Positions 24,801 through 35,390 of a stretch of DNA of 40,453 bases are shown here, in pieces. Position numbers and translations under genes: made by a program. Below the pieces are notes generated by a model. That model saw only the letters and a list, made by a program, of their open reading frames with translations. It was not told the DNA's origin and did no database searches. The stretch is from Catajapyx aquilonaris (Eukaryota). How positions within the stretch are numbered: the stretch's first letter is position 1; every line of letters begins with the position of its first letter. The stretch covers positions 1-40,453 of the forward strand of contig KZ538915.1 in NCBI GenBank assembly GCA_000934665.2, given 5' to 3'.

Positions 24801-27800
24801 TCTGTGCGCGTGTGTGTCTGTGAAGTGGTTTTGCTCCTGTGTTGCTGCTGCTGCACGGGGCACTGGGGAGCTCGGGATTCGAATGACGACGAAATGCGAT
24901 TAGGATCCGGAGTAGCACGGATTCGAAAATTATGCAAATTAGTCTATTTATCCGAGAGTTTGGGTATATACAGCAGCAGCAAACTTTCCAATTATCTTTG
25001 CCTCAGACCAAGTTTTCCCTCCCTCCCTCCCTCCTCTTTCCATCAACAGCAGAAGCATCCCCTCCTCCCTTGGTCCACGAAATAATTCAGGGCGTCGCAG
25101 CAAGGCATTGATTGCTGTTCCGACGCAATTACACATTCCAGAAGACAATGCGGACTGTGAATGTATGCCGCCGTACTTCTGTGCCCTCCCCCCCCCCTCT
25201 CTCTCTCTCTCTCGCACCCATCCGGGCCACTCTCTCTCTCTCTCAGGCTCCAGACAACTCGTTAACATTTTCGATCTGCCCCGATTTTGTTCTTCCTGAG
25301 CGGAACCAGGATTAAACGCAGCAGAAGGATATGGCCCATCATATACGGGTCTTTGAAAACTGAGCTCACAAATGAGCCGATAGTGGATTGCACACGCACC
25401 TACACACACGGTGTATATGCATAATAATAGTGTTGAATGACTGCGATGAATTCACTATAATTATACTGTACTGTTTTTACATTTCCGCATAAGAGTAACT
25501 TTGTATACAGTAAGTGTGCCTTGTTTACACGTCATTACAAATACACATGTAAACATTTATATATAGAATCGCATTCGGAGGCATTGGCAAACTTAAACGC
25601 ACCGCTTAATATTCTGGATGAAAAGTTCTCTCATAAATAGGACCCAGCACTCGGTATATTTTCACCCATGGGCCCTCCTTATGATATAATATTTAGAATA
25701 CCCTCATTGTATACACCGTACCATCACTGTACAGCATTTGGGCCCCCCACTTCTCTCAGCAGCAATGCAGAGAGAGGTGTTGCAACCGCGCCCCGTTGAG
25801 CGAGCAAGACTCTTCAGCCATAAAACAACGAGAGAGTGATTTTGTAAGCATTCTGTAGCTCGGAACAAGGGCGCTGCAAATTCCCTCTTTCTTTTTTCCT
25901 TTTTTTCTTTTTGGTGTGGGTTGGGCGAGGCCGTAAAAAAAGGCAGTCAAGTGGAGCAATATCCCTGGGAAAAGCAAGAGAGCAAGCAAGAAGCGTTTTC
26001 TCTATAGCTATGGCTGTGTTGTTCGCAGCAGTCACACACACACACACACTTTCCCTGAAATTCCATTGGATTCACCATACATGCGTCGGGGCATCGATCC
26101 CATATATACACGACACATTCCAAGAGTCGCCAGCAGGAAATTCGAGTCAATTCGTGCCAAACATATGCGGATTCAAAATTGGAGAGCTTGCATAAATCCG
26201 CGAAAAAAAGAGAGAGGAAAAATGAGCGAGTGGCGAGATGCAGCTTGTGGACACATGCCGCACATATTCATACCCGATCTAATTAAATGCTGCCAGCCTC
26301 CAAGCACCAAGAGGGGTTTTTAATTACGCTTCTGCTGGCCTGGTACTCAGGGGAATAATAATATCATTAATAATAAATTAATAAATAGCTCATATCCCCA
26401 CACATGGTGGTGGGAGCGGGATCACACATACTGCATGCCTCGCATTCTAAATCTTACTTGTCTGTTTCAATGATATTTTCACTTCATTCAGGAGGCAATT
26501 TTGCCACTCGGCTTGATTGCTCGATTAGATTTTGCGAAAGATGATCTGCATAAAAATGACGCAGCATATTCCTTTCAGCGGCCTCATACCCGTATATGCT
26601 GGGAGTCTGCCTCATCAGTGTATATCCGGGATGATTATGGGCTTCCGCGGATTTACTGCAATTATTCGAGGCCTCGATTAATTCTCTCTAATTGCCTGAT
26701 ATTGGCAGCTGATATTTTTGATGGCCACTCAATTAAGTCTTCCAAGTCGTCTGCTTAAAAGCAAATAACATATTGAAGAGCGAAAAGTTTTGCAAGTAAG
26801 ACACGCTGCATAATTATACTGCAAATGTTACCTTTTAATACTTTATAAGTAATCGGTTATTTTACATACCGGTACAGTATTTGATTTATACAAAGGAGCC
26901 TTCGTTTCCTCTTCGCAAGTAGACCGAAATGTATTTACCTCGCAGTGCAGGAATATATCCCATATGTGGAAGCAAAAACGTTCGTGTGGAAGATTACAGT
27001 ATATAAGTTGAGAATAAAAAATTGCAGCTTCCCTTTCTATCCTGTCATGTGAAAGCAAAATGATTTGTTGGAGGCATTTCCTAGACTGAAGATTTATCGA
27101 GCTGGCAACAACTAGCCAACTATCAATGACTGCGGGATAAATCTTGTGCGCAACTGCTTCCTTTACTCTTAGAAGCGCAATAAATTAATTTGTCCGGATT
27201 GCACCGCTGCTGGCACTTCCTGCACGGAGATTTATCCTCGCCATTCATATATTGTTAGATATGCAATTAACCAACGATTAATAAGTAGGGCTAAAAACGG
27301 CGCAAGCAACTGGGCTTTGTACAGTACGACCCATCACTTGATTGCAGATGAGGTACTCGTATGTACGGTATGCATAGAAATATATCAGTTCTCTGAACTG
27401 GTTCGACGTCACCTGCTGGGCGATGCCCGATGTATATATACGTACAGTGTTATTATCCCGCTGCACTGCCTCCGAAGCGTCGTCTATAATATTGGAGGGG
27501 GGGAAAAAAAAGTTCGCCAAACCTGCTTGTCCGCCACTTTTTACGGCCCCAGTGCACAGCGGTATTTAATACGGCTGCAGGGAAGCTGGTTGATGACCCG
27601 GATTAATGACCCGCCGACGTGTGAAGTGCGAGCAAGGCTATTTCTCTCTCTACCTCACTACTCTCGTGGGAATCGACCTGTAATTATGTGTGTATATAGC
27701 TGGTGCATTCTTCCCCCCCCCCCCCTCTCTCTCTCTTCCCCCTCATCGTCGTCATAATCATATAGCGATAATCATCATCATCATCATGGCGATCTGGTCA

Positions 27801-28696
27801 GGTGCACACCGGCTGGCATGATTTGCCCTGTAATTAATTCCACTTTGCCAGCAATGCCGGACCTTAATTGCGTCCACTATGAAGCATTAATTCCCCCCCC
27901 CCCTTCTAATTTATTTATGGGGCGGGTTAAAGGTCTCGACCCCCTCCCTAACCTCAGTCCTCTTTCCGACCTTTTTTTTTCATACAGCGTACTGTATATA
28001 CACACACACACACCGACACAGCAATAATTGTCACGGCCCTCACAATGTCGGGGACAGGCCATCAAATATTTAAGAGGCAGCTTCCACTTCCCCCCTTTTC
28101 ATTTTATAATGGCGGTGCATATAACGCCCCAGTTGAATATATTATTCTATTAGTGTGCCCCGCCGTGATAGCCGCACACTCTATTACCCTGCGCTATTAT
28201 ATGCGCCAAATGAAAACCTCGCTCGTTATTATATACTAACTTAAAAGGGACCAATGGCTGCTGCCCGGTGAAAATCCGGGTGAAATAGTGACGCTATATA
28301 GACTCTTGTTCGGGCAGGTCAGTCTGTTCGAACAAAAAATAAACGATACAGGTTTCGATCATCATCTGCCTGCATAAATGACAAGTTGCGTCTGCCTGCC
28401 TGCCTGCCTGTCTGGCGGTGGGCTGTCCTGGCTTGGAGACCAGCGAGCAAACTTTGCCTGACGGTATACAGGGCATAATGGGCGGTGCTGATGGGGAACA
28501 AGCAAACCTATATGCCATTCCATGCCAATTCTTGTTGGCTCAATCTGCTCCGTCGGTTTGGAGGTCCCCCGTCATGGCAAGTATTTATAAGGACGATTCT
28601 GGACTAACACAGGCATGAAGCACCGCCAGGGGATCCGTGCTGCTGTTTTTCGTGTGTACCCAAACGGGAGATCAAAGTGGTTGCGAGAAAGAGAGA

Positions 28697-28745
28697 GGGA
28701 GGTAGGGAGGGAGGGAGGGAGGGAGGGAGGGAGGGAGGGAGGGAG
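28697..28745. repeat. (GGGA)n tetranucleotide repeat
   Basis: GGGAGGTAGGGAGGGAGGGAGGGA... read directly. Confidence 0.92.
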
Positions 28746-30686
28746 AGACCTGCTCTTTTTTATTATTTAGGAAATCTCTTTTCTCCACTTCCGCCATCAT
28801 CAGAGCGGCTTTATTTGCCCCCCAGATATTTGGAGGACGTATCTGCAGGACACGCCTCCCAAATCCCAGATTTTCTCTCACTCTCTTCCCTTCCCTTTTA
28901 TTCCAACCATCAACCGACTGGGTAGAGAGAGAGAGAGAAAGAAAGAGAGAAGATAGTAAACATGGTGGCAAACACACAAAAAAGGGCAGCCGTTGATTGA
29001 AGAGGACCTCCATCAAAATATATGATGGAGGCCCTTTTCGCAAATACAGTTGTCGTTTCTGGGGGAGCAAATCCTGCTGCAGATGGAGCGTGATGGGAAT
29101 AATAGGAAGGGGGGGGAAAGGATAATTCCGATTCCAAGTCTGCTGCTATAGGGAAGGTCAATAAATATTATTGCCTGCAGGTGAATTATTTAAGGGGGAT
29201 GAATGACTCGGGCATTTTATTGCAGGGAGCAGGCTAATAATATTTGGCCAGGCAGGGTCTGTCCATTGCAGGGATGAGCCAGCCACGCCTCGAAACACTG
29301 CCGGCGATATCTCGTGGACAGCACTTGTTGCTCTACGACTTTTCCCCTCTTATTTCCCACTATATACGTGCCACCTTATCAGACGCGAACTCTGATGCTA
29401 TCGCCTTGGACACCCTCGACACCTTCCTTCGGATAATGATCGCCGTTGTCTTGTGCTAATTAGCTTGTGTTTCACGCCTCATATGTAGTATATACATCAT
29501 GCAATCAGTGTGGTCCAACAAGAAGATAACACTGATTACAGCACAGATTGTGCTATAAACAAACCATTTGACAGTACTTATATATAAATTAATTTTTAAG
29601 AAGTAACAACCACTCTTTAAAAACACTTCATCTTTATGCTTATATGCCCTCTAATATTTCAGTTGGTGATTATAACGAATATTTGCCACATCAACGATCG
29701 TTTGGCCAAAAATATATTACGGTATCGCCTTTCACCGGAAATGGTTAAAAAATTGAAATTATGCACTACTATTTTGTGTGGGAAACTGGAGCGGGCTGCA
29801 TCTGATGGAGCGAAGGGCAATGCAGCCTATCTCAACTAATAAAAGTAACCCGTCATTTTATGCTGGCTGTATATTTAAAAACATAATTTCTGGAGGCAGC
29901 AGCGTTGGTCTTGTTGGTCCAGCACCCTGTATGTCGAAGTGGCTTTGAATGGGGTTTGTGCACGGAGCTTCTCCTATAGGCAGCATCTCGGCTGGCAAAT
30001 GACGGAAACCAAGCGAATCATCCCATTCCCAAGGTGTATATACAGCCCTCCACTGCGCACCCTTTGGATCCTCTTATACCCCACACTCCCTGCAGCCATC
30101 AAGCAAGCAAGCAAGCAGGCTTTGCAGGCAGCGGCAGTCTCCGGTTCCGTCAACTCAATGGGGGAGACCGCCGGAGGTCGAAGGAGGGGGTAATACACCC
30201 GCAGAGAGGACTGGAATATTCGCCTGCAAACCTTTAAGGGAAACAAAAGTGCCGGCAAATCGAGTAGAATCCGAGGAGGAGGAAACGGCACACACCGAAA
30301 AGGGGAAAGCCACAAAGGGACCTCTCCTGTACATGTCTTCTGGATGCCTCATTCCTTTGAACCCGGAGGCCTCGTGTGGGTTGGGCACCTTCAAGGTGCC
30401 TCTCTGTGTGTTCAGGGCCGATTAAAAGGCACCCCCCGATTGACCGAACTCAGCTGCATGATGCCCAATATAAAGAGGGAGAGAAAAGAAGAGGGGATTT
30501 TCACAGAATCGGGACAAATGCACTCCCAAAAGTTTCCATGGCCATGTGTGTCATTCTGCATCACGTGAGACACCATCATTGCGCCGGGTTTAATCTCGGG
30601 GGGGATGGTGGCGGGGTGGAAGGGGGGAGGAGAGAGAAAAGAGTATATTAGGTCTGTACACATTTGAAAACCAATCGTGCGGGGTA

Positions 30687-31610
30687 CGAGGGCAAGTCGA
30701 TAAAGAATGAGAAATCATTTATTTTTCACGGAATACATGAAGAAGGGTCCAAGTTGATATTGTGGTTTTCGACAAAGTCCTCAGGAGTAGTATGCACGTG
30801 GCCCAACATATTTCAGGCAGTCGTGGAAGACATGCTAGAACCGGTTTTTTGACGTCGTCTTCAGAACAGCCTCCGCCTTTTTCATAATGGCTGTTGATGA
30901 TCCAAAACGGTGGCCCCGCAGTACCGATATCAGACAAGGGAACAGAAAACAGTGCAGGGAGCTAGGTCCGGGCTGTGTATGGCACACATACGACGATGTT
31001 TCGTTGGGTCAAATATTGGGCAACAACGTTGGCAACGTGTGGCCATGCATTATCCTGGTGCAGGCAGGGTGACAGGAGGGGCGCTTTCGTCGGATGTGGT
31101 CGGCCAGGACCTTCAAAACTGTCACGTGATACTTATTATCAGTGACTGTTGTACGTATGCAGGGGCACTTCATATTACTGGTGAACCATTTCCCGGGATT
31201 CGACGAAGGTAATGGTCATTGCCTTTCCTGCCGACCGAACAACCTCGGCCTTCTTCAGCGCCAGAGAACTGGGTGATTTTCACACTCTGGCCTGTTTGCA
31301 TTCGGGATTGCGGTGGTGAAGCCAACTCTAAACACCTGTAATAATGGTATTCAGGCAGGCCTCGCCATACTCCGCTACCGGACGCCGAAGCGTATACTGC
31401 TCATCCAGAACTTACTCCATTTTTGGTAGGCGAATTCCCACCATGCATGCGTCTTTGGCTCAATGCTATCTGATGCATGCGCGTACAAGGTCGTAATTTT
31501 TTAGCCAAGCCCACAAGACCTGACTATTGCCAAAAGAAAGTTTTGCCCCCGTCTGTCCACGGCGTGAAACGTGAAAAAAAACTTTCTCATTCTTTATTGA
31601 CGCGCCCTCG
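30687..31610 (-). mobile_element. Internally deleted, decayed mariner (DD34D-type) transposon, 924 bp
   Basis: TA at 30685-30686 and 31611-31612. 28-bp TIRs CGAGGGCAAGTCGATAAAGAATGAGAAA (30687-30714) and TTTCTCATTCTTTATTGACGCGCCCTCG (31583-31610) differ by 3 mismatches. A transposase relic lies inside. Confidence 0.9.
30750..31420 (-). pseudogene. Mariner transposase pseudogene lacking the N-terminal HTH region
   Basis: Manual minus-strand translation across frameshifts and stops gives ME*VLDEQ.. / LNTIITGV*SWLHHRNPECKQ (IITGDESW motif) / KSPSSLALKKAEVVRSAGKAMTITF / VLKVLADHIRRKRP / LHQDNAWPHVANVVAQYL / SPDLAPC..FLFPCL..LRGHRF / CWATCI..DFVE. All motifs are in the canonical mariner order. 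Confidence 0.85.
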
Positions 31611-32212
31611 TATTCATTCCTCACGCACGTCTGCATCACCAGGCCACGGACGACGGTCGAAATCTGGCTCTCAAAAGAATGCTGCCAGCACTGATCATGA
31701 GGTGTCCTTCCTGGGTGGAATTACCGGCACCACTTGTTGGAGGAAGAGGAGAGCAGTTAGAGGCAGGCAAGCAGCACTGTCTCCAACCAATCAATGGGCC
31801 CACGTGCCAATACACGAACAGTCACGCAATCCCCACCGCACACGATGAATCCACCAGAAATCATTGCCATTGCTAAGGTGATTCCTGTCTGTCCATGTGA
31901 CGCAACAGACTCTGCACCCCCGCCCCCTTTGCGCTACACTGGCTACAGCAGCATACTCATATGATACCCCCTACTACCTCTAGCAAGCGGCACTTAAAAG
32001 CCACCGTGCTTGGCGCAGGTTTATTCCGCGTGTAATGACGTTCGGCCGAAAACCAACAGTTCACGCCTTGTAACTTTTACTAGCCCCCCCTCCCCCCTTT
32101 ACTCCCGTCCCTCCATCCCTCGAAACCCACATCTCGATTATGCAGATCTAGTTAGTCCCTTTTTTTTTGTGGGGCAGCAACAGGCCTGGAGTGCTGCTGA
32201 GCCCCCCCCCCC

Positions 32213-32218
32213 NNNNNN
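32213..32218. other. Assembly gap (6 N) with duplicated flank
   Basis: TGCTGAG-poly(C) occurs on both sides of the Ns. Confidence 0.95.
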
Positions 32219-33016
32219 TGCTGAGCCCCCCCCCCCCTCTCCTTCTCTCTCTCTCTCTCTGTGAAAGCGCATCCATCATCCATTTATTGTGTTTATGGGA
32301 CGATGCGGGGGCCTTTCGTTTTGGGAGTTTGCTCAGAACTAAACCAGCGCACAAATATAATCATGGCCTTCCCCTGGAGTCCGGGCAGCATTGTTGAAGA
32401 TATAGAGGCCGAGTCGCTGGGTAATTAACATCGCCCCGGAATGAGGAGACATATACACGGCACGGCAGCAGCACTATAGAGGCAGCAGGTATATATATGG
32501 CGTGTGTGCATCCAGCACCTGCCTGTGCAGAAGCAGCAGTACCGATCAATATATAGGGCCCTATGCCCCGCTGCTGTGCCTTGCTTTGGTGCACCTGTGT
32601 CTACTAGTATAGCTGGAAAGCTGCTGGCCGTATGTGTACAGGGAGAGTCATATCACAGTATAACGCCTGATGTTGGGAACCAGAGGATCGCTTCACCATT
32701 GTCAACGTGGTCTCAGCAGCTTTCCTCACTCAGGTGGTCAAACATTCCCTAAGAGGCCACCACTGGATTACCTGTTATTATATATAGATCGCAAAGGACA
32801 CCTCTACGACTACATAAAACGATCGTCTCTTGGCCCTGCGGGATTCACACTGAGTAGAAGTTTGTCTGCAACATTGCGAAGCAGTCTGTAGTATAATATA
32901 GGGTGATTACAAATGAATAGTATAATTACAAATGCATATAGCTCCGTACCTATCAACCGCACATGAACGTGTTATACACCAAATGAAAGAGGAGGTTTTG
33001 AAGTTTATTTCATACC

Positions 33017-33340
33017 TTATAAATGTTCTATATGACTTCCCTTGGTCACTCGAGAAACATCGATCCGATAGTGCAATTCCTCCCATACTCGTGCCAGCAT
33101 GTCCGTTGTCACTGACTCAACCGCAGCAACAATGCGATGTTTGAGTTCATCCAGGGTTGTCGGCATCGGTGGCTCGTACACAGCCTCCTTAACGTACCCC
33201 CAAAGGAAGAAGTCGCATGGCGTCAAATCCGGCGACCTTGGGGGCCAGCAGTAAAGCGACAAGTCTTGCTGGTCACTGCGACCTATCCAACGACGAAGGA
33301 GCACATTGTTCAGAAACTGGCGAACATCTGAATGCCAGTG
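33017..33340 (-). pseudogene. C-terminal fragment of a Tc1/mariner DDD-type transposase (rosa/DD41D-like, DUF4817-associated type)
   Basis: Uninterrupted frame HWHSDVRQFLN...RWIGR...WPPRSPDLTPCDFFLWGYVKEAVY...ELKHRI...DMLARVWEELHYRIDVSRVTKGSHIEHL*. It contains the hallmark WPPRSPDLTPCDF motif with the third catalytic D. The N-terminus and first two catalytic residues are absent, and the 'M' in the ORF track comes from the rearrangement junction. Confidence 0.88.
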
Positions 33341-33424
33341 CATTGTTACTGCGGTTGAGTCAGTGACAGAAACTGGCGAACATCTGAATGCCAGTGCATT
33401 GTTACTGCGGTTGAGTCAGTGACA
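33311..33424. repeat. Perfect 56-bp tandem duplication spanning the foldback junction
   Basis: CAGAAACTGGCGAACATCTGAATGCCAGTGCATTGTTACTGCGGTTGAGTCAGTGA occurs at 33311-33366 and 33367-33422, followed by a further CA. Confidence 0.92.
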
Positions 33425-33514
33425 ACGGACATGCTGGCACGGGTATGGGAGGAATTGCACTATCGGATCGACGTTTCTCGAGTGACCAAGGGAAATCATA
33501 TAGAACATTTATAA
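33398..33514 (+). pseudogene. Second, inverted copy of the transposase C-terminus (IVTAVESVTTDMLARVWEELHYRIDVSRVTKGNHIEHL*)
   Basis: Manual translation of the right arm matches the last 38 aa of the minus-strand fragment with 2 substitutions. Confidence 0.85.
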
Positions 33515-33670
33515 GGCATGAAAAAAACTTTCAAACCTCCTCTTTCATTTGGTGTATAACACGTTCATGTACGGTTGATAGGTACGGAGCTATATGCATT
33601 TGTAATTATACTATTCATTTGTAATCACCCTGTACTTGACCAAACCCCATCAGCTTGTCCTCAGTGCTGG

Positions 33671-33833
33671 GTCCTTCCCCCCGATCGGGACGCTCATAAA
33701 TAGTGCAGGACGTGGTTGCGCGGGTGCCGGACAAATAAGCCGACTGTTCAACTTCTGGGGATTTGTCCCGAGCGCTCTTCCGTGCTGCACGTCCGGGTAG
33801 GTCCAGTGTAACATGTGCTGTACGGGGAAGGAC
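33671..33833. mobile_element. Degenerate palindromic (old MITE-like) element
   Basis: Three nested inverted pairs share a centre near 33750: GTCCTTCCCC 33671-80 / GGGGAAGGAC 33824-33; GGACGTG 33708-14 / CACGTCC 33788-94; GGACAAAT 33729-36 / ATTTGTCC 33761-68. No TSD was identified. Confidence 0.5.
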
Positions 33834-35332
33834 ACTCTCATGCACCATGCATGCAGCTGGACCTCAACCACCTGTTTTCCAGCCAGGCCAAACATTTTAT
33901 TTCGGCCGATGTGGTTGTGCATGCGTGTGCCCAAATAATGAAGGGGATGGACGAGTGGTGACGTCACGAGTTATATGCGACAGATTGGAAAAGCTGCGAC
34001 GATGCAAGGAGTGGGAGAGACGACGTCAACGACGAGGCCTCTTATTTTTAGGCGTGAAGCCGATGCACACACACACACTCTCACCACTCATACGCTGCAC
34101 ATGTATACGGCACGTGCCAAGTCCCCCTCCTCCAAAACCCCCTCTTCGATATCCACACAGGTGTCGTTATGGTGACAGGGTTTTAATTAACGTCACTCGG
34201 GCCCACTTGACTTGGCTGAATGTCAAGGTGTGCCGTTATTATCGACTCGGTTATGAATGGTGACGTCAGTTACATGTGCATCGGCCACTATAGTACATGT
34301 TCAGGCCTCTCTCCGTGAACTGGATAAGGTTATTGGTTAAGAACCAGGAATCGTTTCTGCAGCAAGCACAATGGTACTCATTACAGCAGGCCGAACAAAG
34401 TGAAGGAGAAGACCACCGCAGGAATGAAGGATGCGACGGGATGAGACGGAGGCCATGCCTCACCGGCCTCATCATTATTCACGATCGCAGCAGCAGCAGG
34501 GAAAGGAAAAGGCGTAAATCCTGGCTCCTTCTCTTCTCCTTTCCTCTCGCAGGCCATTCCTCTTCCTGCTGATGGTGCTGGCAATCGAGTCTGCATATAT
34601 GAGAACAGTGGCCCTCGTCATCAGTAGTCCTTATATTTGCCATCGGGTGTTCCGTCCAGACAACAAGTAGACTATAACAGACGGTTCATCGTAATTGGGT
34701 GGGTGCTGGGTGATGATTAGTAAGATGCGCTCTATAATATAATGATCGATTCCCTCCAGCACGATTGATCAGTTTTCAGCAGCATCATGGGTCGCATTTC
34801 CCTCCCAGCAAGCCAACTTGTCAGGTATCAAAAGTGGGCCCCTCTTGCTCGTGTTACGCCTGTGATGACGTGAATCCCTCACTGCTGCCAGCCGACACTA
34901 TTTGGGAAACACGAGGCTCAGCCGATCACGTCACTGCGATTGGCGCGCAGGTTTAATTGCCAAAATTATCGGGCTCCCTCGCTTGCTGTACGGAAATGAG
35001 CATCTTTCTCTAGTCCTATTAGGACGACGACGTGAAGCTCAAATGCCTGCAAGGCCAGGATGTTTATTAGGACTGGTAGAGGATTAATTTGATGCATACG
35101 TTCAGTGCGATACGGAGTGAGTTGGCGAGAATATTGACGACTGGGATGATCTGCAGTTCTGACTCACCCTGTATGGAAACTGTCGGGAGAAAAAAAAAGA
35201 TCACTTTCCCCCCCTACAAAACCTATCTGCAGCTGATGCTCCTGCAAACTCCCGCACACGTTACATAACGCATATCGCCATCAGCTGTTGCCTCTCTGCA
35301 ATTTTCTGAGGGGATGAAAATGAAGAAAAGTT

Positions 35333-35333
<1 letters not shown>

Positions 35334-35388
<55 letters not shown>
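35334..35388. repeat. (CT)27 microsatellite
   Basis: Read directly. Confidence 0.97.

Positions 35389-35390
<2 letters not shown>

Larger units (their letters stand above)
32899..33632. mobile_element. Foldback (3'-end/3'-end) non-autonomous Tc1/mariner-superfamily element, 734 bp
   Basis: Flanked by TA at 32897-32898 and 33633-33634. Termini are TAGGGTGATTACAAATG... and ...CATTTGTAATCACCCTG. Arms 32899-33135 and 33396-33632 (237 bp each) are reverse complements with 10 mismatches by manual alignment. Both arms contain the transposase stop region and 3' UTR. Confidence 0.93.

Noticed and set aside
32195..32236. Direct repeat TGCTGAG-poly(C) on both sides of 6 Ns
   Set aside because: Typical unmerged contig overlap at a homopolymer; an assembly artefact rather than biology.
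32651..32672. TATCACAG miR-2-family-like seed start
   Set aside because: The rest does not match a miR-2 family mature sequence that I recognise, and the flank does not form a good precursor hairpin.
33311..33424. Two identical 56-bp units as a possible CRISPR-like array
   Set aside because: The units are directly adjacent with no spacer, derive from transposase sequence, and sit in a eukaryotic context with no cas genes.
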